Notes: generated by a model not told the origin, from the sequence alone. 64,000 bases of DNA from Bacteroidota bacterium (GCA_013289045.1 JABDAU010000002.1:28493-92492), one strand, 5' to 3'; shown: positions 18,659 to 28,721, counted from the stretch's first letter. Program-made: numbers and translations.

Positions 18659-19930
18659 ATGATTGTAAAATGCCGTAGCCTTATCCTGGCCTGCCTTATC
18701 TGCACAGGTTTATTTAGTTGTAACAAACATTCAGAGCATAATACCACGCTGCAAAATGTTGGTGTCGGCGCCCTCAGTGGTAGTTTTTATGTAGATGTAG
18801 ATGATTCCATTATAATGTGGAATGCGAAAACGGGCGTAAAAGTTTGGGATGTTAAAGATGATTATGGTTACGGCTCTTATTTAAACCCGATGGTATATGA
18901 TGCCGGCACTGTGTACACAGGTGGATCGGCCGGTATTAAAGGCTATAATGCACAAACCGGCGCCGGAGTTTGGGAGGCCAGTTTCTATGATCCCAGTGTA
19001 GGCGATGGATCAGATTACCGTATACCTGCATTTATTAATGATAGCCTGGCATTGGTAACCTCGTCTACAGGCGTATACATTGGCGGCTCGCAATTATATT
19101 GCTACAATAAACTGACCGGCAGCAGAAAATGGCAAACACAGATCGATAGCAATATCAATGGCTTTGCTGAATTTAATCCTATCCCGCTTAACGTTAATAA
19201 TAAACTGGTGGTAGTTGTTAAGGAATGGAGCAGTAATTTCAAAATTTGCTGTTACGACCCTTTAACGGGTAAACAGTTGTGGCAAACTGATTGGAACCCT
19301 TACGTTTCGCCACTGCTTAAAACAAGCGCCGGTAACGTATATAGCCTCCAGGCGGCCACAGTGTGGGAATACAGCGGGAACGACGGTTCGATGGTATGGC
19401 AAACCACGATGGACGTTACGCCCGGCTCGGAATACACTAACTCGTTTTTTGATGATAAATACGTGTATATAAATCGTATTAATCCCGATAAAACTTATAC
19501 AATGTTTGTACTGAACAAGTTCACCGGTGTAGTTATCAGCAAAACACCTATACCTTTAGGGCCAAAAGGCCAGGCGCATTTAACCTGCCATTATCAGAAT
19601 GGTGTGCTGTATGTTTCAGATTATAATAACAACACTTCGGATTATGACGCTACGCTTTACGCTTATACCTTCCCGGGTATGCAGCTTAAATGGTCGTATA
19701 ATTTTACCTCGGTTTCAACGCCGCCGAACCCGCCGGTTATAACAGATCAATATGTTGTTTTCCCGGGATCACTGGATAAAACCTTAAGCAAAACAAATCC
19801 AACCGGCGAAATGATCTTCCTGGATCTTAATGGCAAACTGGTTAACACCGTCAGATTTCCCGGTACAAACACCAGTAAATTTGTGTATGTAGATGATAAG
19901 GGAACTGCCTACGCACCCGACTTGTATTGA
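18659..19930 (+). CDS. PQQ-binding-like beta-propeller lipoprotein
   Basis: Lipobox LFSC; repeated (N/D)xxTGxxxW blades. Confidence 0.85.
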   Translation: MIVKCRSLILACLICTGLFSCNKHSEHNTTLQNVGVGALSGSFYVDVDDSIIMWNAKTGVKVWDVKDDYGYGSYLNPMVYDAGTVYTGGSAGIKGYNAQTGAGVWEASFYDPSVGDGSDYRIPAFINDSLALVTSSTGVYIGGSQLYCYNKLTGSRKWQTQIDSNINGFAEFNPIPLNVNNKLVVVVKEWSSNFKICCYDPLTGKQLWQTDWNPYVSPLLKTSAGNVYSLQAATVWEYSGNDGSMVWQTTMDVTPGSEYTNSFFDDKYVYINRINPDKTYTMFVLNKFTGVVISKTPIPLGPKGQAHLTCHYQNGVLYVSDYNNNTSDYDATLYAYTFPGMQLKWSYNFTSVSTPPNPPVITDQYVVFPGSLDKTLSKTNPTGEMIFLDLNGKLVNTVRFPGTNTSKFVYVDDKGTAYAPDLY

Positions 19931-21133
19931 TCAAAACAGTTTCAATTGCGGCTCTTGCTTAGGCCTGGCCCAACCTTTAACGGTACGGCCGCCATATTTC
20001 CACGAGTTTTCGCGTTCCTGCTCTATTACCTTTTCAAAGTTGGCATTTGGGATAAAGTCTTTTTCTGCCGCCTGCGCTATATTGGTCAGCCGCTTGATGG
20101 CTTCGTTCTTTTCGTTATTGCCTAATTTGGCTTTGTAAACAGCAGTTTGCAATACGCCGATGGTTTCGTCATAAACTTTCGTCGGTACCGGGAATGGATG
20201 CCCATCCTTGCCGCCATGTGCAAAAGAAAAGCGGGCAGGGTCTTTAAACCGGCTTGGTGTACCGTGGATCACCTCGCTTACCAATGCCAGCGATTGCAGC
20301 GTACGCGGGCCTAATCCCTGTAATAACAACAAGTCTTCAAAATCTTTAGGCTGTTTCTCCTGCGCCAGCCAAAGAATAGCGCCGAGGCGTTTCAAATCTA
20401 AATCCTCAGCCCGTACATCATGATGGGACGGAAGAACCAGTTTGCTGATCTCCTTCAGCATATATTCAGGCTTTTCGGAAGCGATCTGCATAACGCCATT
20501 TCGGGAGCTATCCGCCTGTTTATCGGTCATGTTCAGGATGTAGCCGGTATTTTTACCATAAATGGAAGTATGCGGATCATTAACAAACGAGGTCAACGAT
20601 TCTGAGTGCCAGTGATAACGCCGCGCTGTGCCGGTGGCATCGCTCATGCCTTGCTGTATCACCGTCCATTTGCCGGTATCGCTCACGATAAAACTGTGCA
20701 GGTATAATTGAAAGCCATCCTGGATAGCCGTATTATCCACTTTGGCCGCCAACTTGCTGCATCTTACCAGGTAATTGCCGTCAAGACCGGTACGCTCGCC
20801 AATGCGCAGTAATTCTTCCGGCGTTTTACGCGAATGATTACCCTTGCCCCCGCAGATATAGATCCCCAACTCTTTACTATGCGGATTTACCGAGCGTTTT
20901 AACGCCCCTAAAACAGATGTAGTAATGCCTGATGAATGCCAGTCCATACCCATTACGGCACCCATACTTTGAAACCAGAACGGATCGCTCAGGCGACGAA
21001 GCAAGTCATCCTTACCATAATCAACCAGGATGTTCTCCACAATGGCAAGCCCTAGCTTTGCCATGCGCTCGGCAAGCCAAACGGGAACAAAACCACCATG
21101 CAACGGCAGATCGGCACTTCCGGAACGCTTCAT
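19931..21133 (-). CDS. DUF763 domain-containing protein
   Basis: ADLPLHGG, DPFWFQS.G...GMDWHSSG, FAHGGKDGHPFPV; HhH-like LQGLGPRT. Confidence 0.92.
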   Translation of the reverse strand: MKRSGSADLPLHGGFVPVWLAERMAKLGLAIVENILVDYGKDDLLRRLSDPFWFQSMGAVMGMDWHSSGITTSVLGALKRSVNPHSKELGIYICGGKGNHSRKTPEELLRIGERTGLDGNYLVRCSKLAAKVDNTAIQDGFQLYLHSFIVSDTGKWTVIQQGMSDATGTARRYHWHSESLTSFVNDPHTSIYGKNTGYILNMTDKQADSSRNGVMQIASEKPEYMLKEISKLVLPSHHDVRAEDLDLKRLGAILWLAQEKQPKDFEDLLLLQGLGPRTLQSLALVSEVIHGTPSRFKDPARFSFAHGGKDGHPFPVPTKVYDETIGVLQTAVYKAKLGNNEKNEAIKRLTNIAQAAEKDFIPNANFEKVIEQERENSWKYGGRTVKGWARPKQEPQLKLF

Positions 21134-21134
21134 G

Positions 21135-21147
21135 CTAACAAATTTAG
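21135..21147. promoter_or_regulatory. CTAA-N5-TTAG operator overlapping the -7 element of the DUF763 gene
   Basis: TGCTAA-CAAAT-TTAGCA; minus strand reads TAAATTTG (-7) 5 nt before the ATG. Confidence 0.7.
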
Positions 21148-21233
21148 CAAAAAATATCGACAAAAAAAGAGCGACACAAAATTTGCATCGCTCAGTATTT
21201 TTTATGGATAGAAAAATTATTTAGCCTCGTGTA

Positions 21234-21653
21234 TTAATTATTATGCGTGCTGTTTTTATTGATCCTGTCAAAAGTGGTACTCAATATACCAACGCCGATA
21301 TAAATAAGCGGCGAGATCAAAAACTCGAACAGGGTATTTGCAACATTGCGCATCTGGAAGGAGAGCTCGCCAAATATCCAATCGTAAGCACCCAACAACA
21401 ATAGCAAAGCAATGATCACGATATGAACGAGATGCCATATGAACATCATCCATTCGGCTGTATATTTTCTCAATGCAAATGTTCCGGTAAGATAAATGGT
21501 AAGGATGGCTGCAAATTTACCTATGTGGCGCACTTTACGCGGGATATCCTGGTAATAGCCAACATCAACCAGGTATAGGTTATATAGCGAGTAGATCACC
21601 ACTATCACTATAAACCCTATCCAATAGATCTGCCTATTGCTCAGTTTGCGCAT
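21234..21653 (-). CDS. Small 4-TM membrane protein, exosortase-associated
   Basis: Four hydrophobic segments; overlaps the exosortase 3' end by 20 nt; ends in FLISP+TM. Confidence 0.75.
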   Translation of the reverse strand: MRKLSNRQIYWIGFIVIVVIYSLYNLYLVDVGYYQDIPRKVRHIGKFAAILTIYLTGTFALRKYTAEWMMFIWHLVHIVIIALLLLLGAYDWIFGELSFQMRNVANTLFEFLISPLIYIGVGILSTTFDRINKNSTHNN

Positions 21654-22233
21654 GTGCGAGATTAAGCTTTTTTGAGAAGATGAGCCACAATGCGATGATG
21701 AGGCCGTAAACTATGAAGGTAAGCACATAATGGTGTGCGAAATCGGTATACTTTGGGTAGTAGATTTTGATATAGGCCACGCCGGCACAGCGGATCACAT
21801 TCGCTACATAAATCAGTATTGCGCCAATAATACTGAATATCCATTTGCGCTTATGGGCAGCAGGCATACAAACGATAAATCCAATATAAAGTACCATGAG
21901 CTCGAGCCCGTTACAGCTATCCTCAATGGATACGATATTATTACCCCGATAGTAAACGTTTTCGAGCGGTGCAGGGGCCGGGCCGTTATCGGTAGGGACA
22001 TTGCCAATTTCGCTTTTATCAATAAAATCGTGCGAGTGTGTACCGGTATTTAAAATCCATATTGTGCCCATTGCTACAGAATAGCTAAGGGGCTTATCCA
22101 ATACACGCGTAGGCAGCAAAACAATAAGATAAAGTAATTTCCAGATCACAAGAATGGCAACAGCACGCAAAACAAATTGCCTCACTGCAACCGGCACTTG
22201 ATTCCATCGACTTAAATAAATATTTTTCTGCAA
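21634..22233 (-). CDS. Exosortase/archaeosortase family transpeptidase (XrtX/XrtY-like)
   Basis: Catalytic Cys (IEDSCNG), Arg (ANVIRC), His (DFAHHY) in a multi-TM protein. Confidence 0.9.
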   Translation of the reverse strand: MQKNIYLSRWNQVPVAVRQFVLRAVAILVIWKLLYLIVLLPTRVLDKPLSYSVAMGTIWILNTGTHSHDFIDKSEIGNVPTDNGPAPAPLENVYYRGNNIVSIEDSCNGLELMVLYIGFIVCMPAAHKRKWIFSIIGAILIYVANVIRCAGVAYIKIYYPKYTDFAHHYVLTFIVYGLIIALWLIFSKKLNLAHAQTEQ

Positions 22234-22293
22234 GGTTTACTTATACGATAGCAAAAGTAATAATATACACAAACTTAAACTAAAGGATACCAT

Positions 22294-22325
22294 AAAAAAA
22301 GGAGCCCCATCACAAGCTCCTTTTT
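22294..22325 (-). terminator. Intrinsic terminator after the sorting-signal gene
   Basis: AAAAAGGAGC...GCTCCTTTTT inverted repeat flanked by A/T runs. Confidence 0.75.
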
Positions 22326-22382
22326 CATTTTTACTAAACCTTATAATTTGCCTTTCAGCAGGAGTAAGTACGTATTGATAAT

Positions 22383-22712
22383 TTATGATGCCATTACTGG
22401 CTTTAACGATTTGAATTTTTTAATGGTAACAATACCAATTACCATACCTGCGATAAACAGGAATACAATACCATTATTTATTGGCAAATTGGTGCTTGAG
22501 GTAGCAGGCGCATTATCAGAGGTCTTGCCACCATTGTTAGCAGGGCCGTTATTATGATTGTTGTTACTGTAGTTATCGTTGTTGGAAGTATTATTTCCCG
22601 GGCCGACTGAATAGTCCTGGTCATGTGCCCAGTTTTCGGCTTTTGCTGTAGAAACATTAAATAAAGCTACTGCAATTAAAATGATCGTAAATAAATAAAG
22701 CTTCTTTTTCAT
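22383..22712 (-). CDS. Small secreted Asn-rich protein with PID/PEP-CTERM-like sorting signal
   Basis: N-terminal signal peptide; C-terminal LPINNG + TM + KKFK. Confidence 0.8.
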   Translation of the reverse strand: MKKKLYLFTIILIAVALFNVSTAKAENWAHDQDYSVGPGNNTSNNDNYSNNNHNNGPANNGGKTSDNAPATSSTNLPINNGIVFLFIAGMVIGIVTIKKFKSLKPVMAS

Positions 22713-22735
22713 CTCTTGTTTATTACAATTCGTTA

Positions 22736-22753
22736 TGCAACTATTATACCCAA
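22736..22753 (-). promoter_or_regulatory. sigma54-type -24/-12 promoter
   Basis: Minus strand TTGGGTATAATAGTTGCA = GG-N10-GC; upstream IR TTCCCCAA-T-TTGTGGAA at 22867-22883. Confidence 0.55.
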
Positions 22754-22947
22754 TGTATTTTATATCAGGTTTGTTACAAACATTGCCTGTTTTTAGCTGT
22801 ATACAGCGATTTTAGGTAATGCTGGGAAGACTGAAGGTAAAGAACATGTTTCATCTGTGGTTATAATTCCCCAATTTGTGGAATCCTGTATAGGCTTTAT
22901 GCGTTTCTCTGAAATTTCGTATTTGTTAAATGCATTTTAGCTTCGCA

Positions 22948-25284
22948 TTATTCATGCGAAGGCCCCTTTAATTCATCAATTGCAACCGGCGGCTGTAACA
23001 CATCATGATCCTTTTCAATAACCATAGTTTTAAGTACGCTGAAACTTGCCGTTTGCCTTATATCACGTGATGACGCACCTGCTTTTAGTAAATACTTGCC
23101 GGAATCAGTTATCCATTCAGATTTATCTGTATGATAGGAAGCCAGGTCGGCCGTGTTAATGGTGAAGGTAAGTGTTTGCGTTTCGCCCGGTTGCAAGAGC
23201 CTGGTTTTGCCAAATGCTTTCAATTCCTGTAAAGGTTTGTCGATGGATTTATCAGGAGCAGTAACATATACCTGCACTACTTCTTTGCCTGCCACAGTTC
23301 CGGTGTTTTTTACAGTTACGGTAGCAGTAAGCGTTTTATTTAATACAGGCGAGCTTAATTTAAGGCCGCTAATACTAAAGTTGCTGTACGATAAGCCATA
23401 ACCAAACTCGTACATCGGTTTTATTTTAAAACTATCGTAATAACGATAGCCCACATAAATACCTTCCTGGTAAGTAACCTCTTTAGGATTGCCGGCCGGG
23501 GTACCGGGGAAGTTTTTGGCAGATGGTACATCTTCATAATGCGAGGGGAAGGTTGTTGCCAGTTTGCCTGACGGATCTATCTTGCCGCTTAATACATCGG
23601 TAATTGCGTTACCGGCTTCTTCGCCGGGCTGCCATGCCAAAAGGATGGCATCTGCATTATCCTGCCAGTCGTTCATGTCGATAACACCGCCGATATTGAG
23701 CACTATCACTACTTTTTTACCTTTGGCATGGAAATCATCGGCTATTTGTTTGATCTCCTGTTTTTCAGAAGGAAGCAAATTGTAATTGGTCTCGAGGTTA
23801 CGGTCCGAGCCTTCACCCGCATTGCGGCCTATGGTAATGAGGGCCATATCACAATCTGCAGCTTTCTGCGCAATAACATCGCTGCCGGCAATCATTTCCG
23901 GAATTGGCGCCGGCCAATGTCCTTTTGGCGTAGCCGCTTTTATTTTGGCTGCGGTGTCTTTTACAAATTTTGTGTAAGTGTTTTGCAGATCGGCATCGGG
24001 CGAATAACCTGCATTTGCTAAGCCTTGTGCTATAGAAATTACATAAGCCTTATTCACATCGCCGCTGCCTGTACCGCCGGCTATGGTAAAGTAGGATGCA
24101 TTTCCAAAAGCAGCAATCTTTTTCACAGATGCATTAATTGGTAAGGTCTTTTGTTCATTCTTTAATAATATCATTCCTTCGGTTGCTGCTTTGCGCGATA
24201 CTTCGGCATGCGCTTTCAGGTCGGGCTTGTTAGAGTAGGCATATTTTTTGAACGATGGCGATTTGAGGATGATGTTAAGGATGCGTTCTACATTCAAATC
24301 CAATTGCTTCATGCTGATGGAATCGTGTTTTACGGCCGAAATGATTGCCTGTGTTTGGTCGGGCCTGCCGGGCTCAATAAGGTCATTGCCCGCATTCATT
24401 TCCGCTGTCCAGTCGTGGCCGCCTCCCCAGTCGGTCATTACAAATCCTTTAAAACCCCATTCGTCGCGCAGGATGGTAGTGATCAGGTCGCGGCGTTCGG
24501 CAGTATAGGTGCCGTTTACCTTATTATATGACGACATTACCGTCCATGGTTGTGACGCAGCAATAGCAATCCGAAAGTTTTTCAGGTAAAGCTCGCGCAA
24601 GGCACGTTCGCTGATAAATTCGTTGATGCCCGTACGGTTGCTCTCCTGGTTATTGGCTGCAAAGTGCTTTATGGAAGTACCAACGCCATTTGATTGAATG
24701 CCATTAATGAATGCCCCGGCCATTGTGCCCGCTACTAAAGGATCTTCCGAATAATACTCGAAATTACGCCCGTTGAGCGGGTTGCGATGGATATTTACAC
24801 CCGGCGCCAACAAAATGTCGATACCATATTCCTTTACCTCGTTACCAAACGCCTGGCCCACGGTTTCAACAACAGAAGGATCCCAGGTTGAGGCCAGTAA
24901 AGTACCAACCGGGAACGCCGTTGCATAATAGGTATGCGTACTATCGCCACGACGGATAGGCTGAATGCGAACGCCTGCAGGGCCGTCACTCAAAACCATA
25001 GACGGTATTCCTAAACGGGGTATAGGCGCAGTATTGCCCGCAGCACCCGGAACTTTTACCTCGGTTTGGCCGATCATTGCACCACCCGGCATATTGCCTT
25101 GTGTGCGGCGGTGACTAAGGCCGACCACCAGCGTGGCTTTTTCCTCAAGCGTCATGGCGGCAACCACTTTTTTTATAGGGTCACGGCCGAGTTGCGGCGT
25201 AGTATCGGTTTTGGATTGTGCGGATGCGGAAAATGCAGCCGAAAGCAGCAATACTGCGGCCAGCAGATTATGTTTAGCGTTCAT
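22948..25284 (-). CDS. Glycoside hydrolase family 3 beta-glucosidase, secreted
   Basis: SDGPAG, GRNFEYYSEDP, KHFAAN, VMTDW nucleophile, FGYGLSY, Fn3-like C-terminus. Confidence 0.95.
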   Translation of the reverse strand: MNAKHNLLAAVLLLSAAFSASAQSKTDTTPQLGRDPIKKVVAAMTLEEKATLVVGLSHRRTQGNMPGGAMIGQTEVKVPGAAGNTAPIPRLGIPSMVLSDGPAGVRIQPIRRGDSTHTYYATAFPVGTLLASTWDPSVVETVGQAFGNEVKEYGIDILLAPGVNIHRNPLNGRNFEYYSEDPLVAGTMAGAFINGIQSNGVGTSIKHFAANNQESNRTGINEFISERALRELYLKNFRIAIAASQPWTVMSSYNKVNGTYTAERRDLITTILRDEWGFKGFVMTDWGGGHDWTAEMNAGNDLIEPGRPDQTQAIISAVKHDSISMKQLDLNVERILNIILKSPSFKKYAYSNKPDLKAHAEVSRKAATEGMILLKNEQKTLPINASVKKIAAFGNASYFTIAGGTGSGDVNKAYVISIAQGLANAGYSPDADLQNTYTKFVKDTAAKIKAATPKGHWPAPIPEMIAGSDVIAQKAADCDMALITIGRNAGEGSDRNLETNYNLLPSEKQEIKQIADDFHAKGKKVVIVLNIGGVIDMNDWQDNADAILLAWQPGEEAGNAITDVLSGKIDPSGKLATTFPSHYEDVPSAKNFPGTPAGNPKEVTYQEGIYVGYRYYDSFKIKPMYEFGYGLSYSNFSISGLKLSSPVLNKTLTATVTVKNTGTVAGKEVVQVYVTAPDKSIDKPLQELKAFGKTRLLQPGETQTLTFTINTADLASYHTDKSEWITDSGKYLLKAGASSRDIRQTASFSVLKTMVIEKDHDVLQPPVAIDELKGPSHE

Positions 25285-25380
25285 GTATGGTGGATATGCA
25301 GGTGTAATTTATGAACGCTAAATGTAAGGTTTATATAAAAATTGTTACAACCATAATTGTAACAATTGTTATGCAAAAGT

Positions 25381-25800
25381 TTAGCATTCAGGCGCGCTGT
25401 AATGGTTGATCACATCATCGGGGATCATCACGCCCTTACCTGTTTTCAAATCTATCATCACAAACTCAAACCAGCCATCGCAGCAGGTTTTATTGGTGGC
25501 CCTGCTGGTTATCTCGAAATTTACCCGGCATTTTTTCTCGTCGATGGTTTCAATCCCGGTTTTTACAACGAAATATTCACTCATTTTTAGCGCCCGCTTA
25601 TAGTCCATATAAACGGTGCGTACCAACCATCCAAAACCGCGGTCTAAAAATTTATCCATCCCCAAACCATAACAGCGTTCCATTTGGTCGTAACGTGCGG
25701 CAAGTACGTAGTCGAAATACCTGCTATTGTGCACGTGGTTGAACATGTCGATATCATCAGGGCGCACACGGAGCTCGGTTTTGTAAGTAGGGTATTCCAT
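25381..25800 (-). CDS. Acyl-CoA thioesterase (4HBT/YbgC hot-dog fold)
   Basis: DIDMFNHVHNSRY motif. Confidence 0.9.
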   Translation of the reverse strand: MEYPTYKTELRVRPDDIDMFNHVHNSRYFDYVLAARYDQMERCYGLGMDKFLDRGFGWLVRTVYMDYKRALKMSEYFVVKTGIETIDEKKCRVNFEITSRATNKTCCDGWFEFVMIDLKTGKGVMIPDDVINHYSAPEC

Positions 25801-25924
25801 TTATTTAACTGTGATAGTGGATGCTGTTATAATTTGTTAATTTGTTGCACGCAGTTTTTACAAAAGTATACTTAATAATATAAACAGCCGTTTTTTGTTT
25901 TTAATACCTTACAACTTAGATCTT

Positions 25925-28165
25925 ATGAGAAAAATAACCCTTTTGCTGTTTGTTACAGTCATATTCAGCTGTAACAGCGGATTTACCCAAATACATTTTA
26001 ATGGTGACCTGGAGAAGATCGATCCGTTAACTCATATGCCTGTTGGTTGGAATTATGGAAGGGGCGCTGCCAGCGCTTATGATTTTAAGCTGGATAGTGT
26101 AGTAACGCAACAGGGTAAATATTCAGTTTCAATTACAAGGAAGAACGATAGTGCAGGATTTGCCAGTATCATGTTTTATACACCGACGCGCTTTAAAGGC
26201 AAGGAAATAGAATTACGTGGTTATTTAAAAACGGAAGATGTAAGTAAAGGTTTCGCCGGGTTGTGGATGAGGATAGACGGCACATCGGCCTTTAATAATA
26301 TGCAGGGCCAAAACCTGCACGGTACAAACGACTGGAAGGAATACAGTATAAAATTACCTTATGATAGTGAGCATGCCATAAATGTAAATGCAGGCGTGTT
26401 ATTGGTAGGCCCGGGCAAAATATGGCTTGACAATTTGCAGCTGCTGATAGACGGAAAGCCTATAGACATCGCATCCACAGTTCCTATAATATTAACTAAG
26501 GCCGAACAGGATACTGCCTTTAGCAAAGCTTCGCCCGTAAAAAGCATTGTTTTAAACGATCAGCAACTAACTAACCTTCGCTTATTATGCCAGGTATGGG
26601 GCTTTATAAAATACCATCACCCCGAAGTTGCAAAGGGTAATTTTAATATGGATGCCGAATTGTTTAGGGTAATGCCTGCTGTATTGAAAGCTACGAATAA
26701 TACCGAATTAAGCGCAGCGCTTGAACATTGGGTAGATAAATTTGGCGTACCTGCTGCCTGCAGCAACTGCAAACTGCCAAAAGATGATATTGCCGCAACG
26801 CCTGATTACGGCCAGCTGTTCACGCGCCAGGTATTAAGCCCGTCACTTACAGGTAAGCTGAAATATATTTTGGATAATGATAATATCAGCAAAAGCTATT
26901 ATATCGATATGGCACAAGGCGTGGGTAACCCGATCTTTCAGCATGAGCTCGCTTACTCTAAAATGATCTATCCGGATGCTGGCTACAGGCTGCTGTGCCT
27001 GTTCAGGTATTGGAATATGATACAGTATTTTTATCCTTACAAACACCTGATAGGCGAGGACTGGAATACCATACTCCCCAAATACATCCCCAAATTTGTT
27101 GACGATGCCAATGCCCAGGCCTATACCTTGACCACGCTCGAAATGATCAGCAACATACACGACACACATGCCAATATCTGGAGTATGATACCTGAATTGG
27201 AACGCTATCGTGGTATTTACGCGCCGCCGGTACAGGCAAAATTTATAGAAGACAAACTGGTGGTGACAGGCTATTATGCTGATACGCTTGGCATTAAGGA
27301 TAAACTAAAAGTAGGGGATGTTATACTTTCAATAAACGGGCAACCTGTGGACGCACTGGTTAAAAAATATCTTCCTGTTACCGCGGCATCAAATTACTCT
27401 ACTCAATTGCGCGATATGCCGCATATGTATTTGCTGCGCGGCGATAGCCGGACTTTTAAATTATCCATCGATCATTTAGGCGAAAAGAAAGATGTAGAAG
27501 TGGAAGGTATCAGCAATTCAGCTATTAACTACGGACTCGATTTTAACCCTGCGCCAAAATCGCCGGGCTATTACCTGATCGATGACGGGAAGATCGGCTA
27601 CCTGTTTCCCGGCAGGTACCACAACAGCGATCTGCCTGCAATTAAAGAACTGTTTAAAAACACAAGAGGCATTATTGTAGATATGCGCTGTTATCCTAGC
27701 GAATTTATGCCATTCACTTTCGTCCCTTATATAAAAACCGGCGATGCCCCTTTTGTGAAATTTACCACCGGCAGTATTAACCACCCGGGCTATTTTACCA
27801 CAACGCCATTATTAAAGGATAATGGCGAAGGCACTTATAAAGGCAAAGTAATAGTGATAGTGAACCCCATAACCCAAAGCCAGGCGGAATATACCACTAT
27901 GGCGTTCCAGAGTTCGCCAAATGTTACGGTGATCGGCGGTACTACCGCTGGTGCGGATGGTAATGTATCGCAAATTGTACTGCCGGGTAATATCAATACG
28001 TTGATATCCGGGATTGATGTGTTGTACCCCGATGGTACTGAAACACAGCGTAAAGGTGTAAAAGTAAATATTGAGGTAAAACCGACAATACGAGGGGTAC
28101 GGGATGGCAAGGATGAGCAGCTGGATAAAGCAAGGGAAATGATTTTGGGGAGTAAGATTGAATAA
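25925..28165 (+). CDS. S41 family peptidase with N-terminal CBM-like and PDZ domains
   Basis: WGFIKYHHP, LKVGDVILSING (PDZ), IVDMRCYP, TQSQAE, TAGADGN. Confidence 0.9.
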   Translation: MRKITLLLFVTVIFSCNSGFTQIHFNGDLEKIDPLTHMPVGWNYGRGAASAYDFKLDSVVTQQGKYSVSITRKNDSAGFASIMFYTPTRFKGKEIELRGYLKTEDVSKGFAGLWMRIDGTSAFNNMQGQNLHGTNDWKEYSIKLPYDSEHAINVNAGVLLVGPGKIWLDNLQLLIDGKPIDIASTVPIILTKAEQDTAFSKASPVKSIVLNDQQLTNLRLLCQVWGFIKYHHPEVAKGNFNMDAELFRVMPAVLKATNNTELSAALEHWVDKFGVPAACSNCKLPKDDIAATPDYGQLFTRQVLSPSLTGKLKYILDNDNISKSYYIDMAQGVGNPIFQHELAYSKMIYPDAGYRLLCLFRYWNMIQYFYPYKHLIGEDWNTILPKYIPKFVDDANAQAYTLTTLEMISNIHDTHANIWSMIPELERYRGIYAPPVQAKFIEDKLVVTGYYADTLGIKDKLKVGDVILSINGQPVDALVKKYLPVTAASNYSTQLRDMPHMYLLRGDSRTFKLSIDHLGEKKDVEVEGISNSAINYGLDFNPAPKSPGYYLIDDGKIGYLFPGRYHNSDLPAIKELFKNTRGIIVDMRCYPSEFMPFTFVPYIKTGDAPFVKFTTGSINHPGYFTTTPLLKDNGEGTYKGKVIVIVNPITQSQAEYTTMAFQSSPNVTVIGGTTAGADGNVSQIVLPGNINTLISGIDVLYPDGTETQRKGVKVNIEVKPTIRGVRDGKDEQLDKAREMILGSKIE

Positions 28166-28310
28166 TATTAGATCATAGTATGCCGCTGCATTTCTATCAA
28201 CCATGATCCATCAACTATTATCTATTCACCCCTTGCACATTCCACAAATTAGCATTACCTTTGCACCCACAATTAACAAGAATTATTAACGCTTTAGTAT
28301 TATTCACAGA

Positions 28311-28589
28311 ATGTATTTAAGTAAAGAATGGAAATCAGAGATTTTCGAAACACATGGTAAAGGTGCCACCGATACCGGCTCTCCGGAAGCACAGGTAGCT
28401 TTATTTACCAATCGTATCGCTCACTTAACCGGGCACTTAAAGAAAAACAAACACGATTTTTCAACCCAGTTGTCGCTTCAAAAATTAGTAGGTAAACGCC
28501 GCGGATTGCTGGCCTACCTCTATAAAAAAGACATCAACAGGTACCGTGCCATTATAAAGGCCTTACAGCTAAGGGATATCATTAAGTAA
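28311..28589 (+). CDS. rpsO: 30S ribosomal protein S15
   Basis: DTGSPEAQVAL, LVGKRRGLLAYL; -7 promoter TACCTTTG at 28256. Confidence 0.98.
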   Translation: MYLSKEWKSEIFETHGKGATDTGSPEAQVALFTNRIAHLTGHLKKNKHDFSTQLSLQKLVGKRRGLLAYLYKKDINRYRAIIKALQLRDIIK

Positions 28590-28721
28590 TTCCCTGGTGA
28601 AATTTTTAAAAAGCCGTCTCAACTATTAGGGGATGGCTTTTTTACTTTTGGAAACAATTTTTTTCACACATATAAAATCCGGTGCGACCCAAAGATGAAA
28701 GCGCACCACAACACAAACAAG

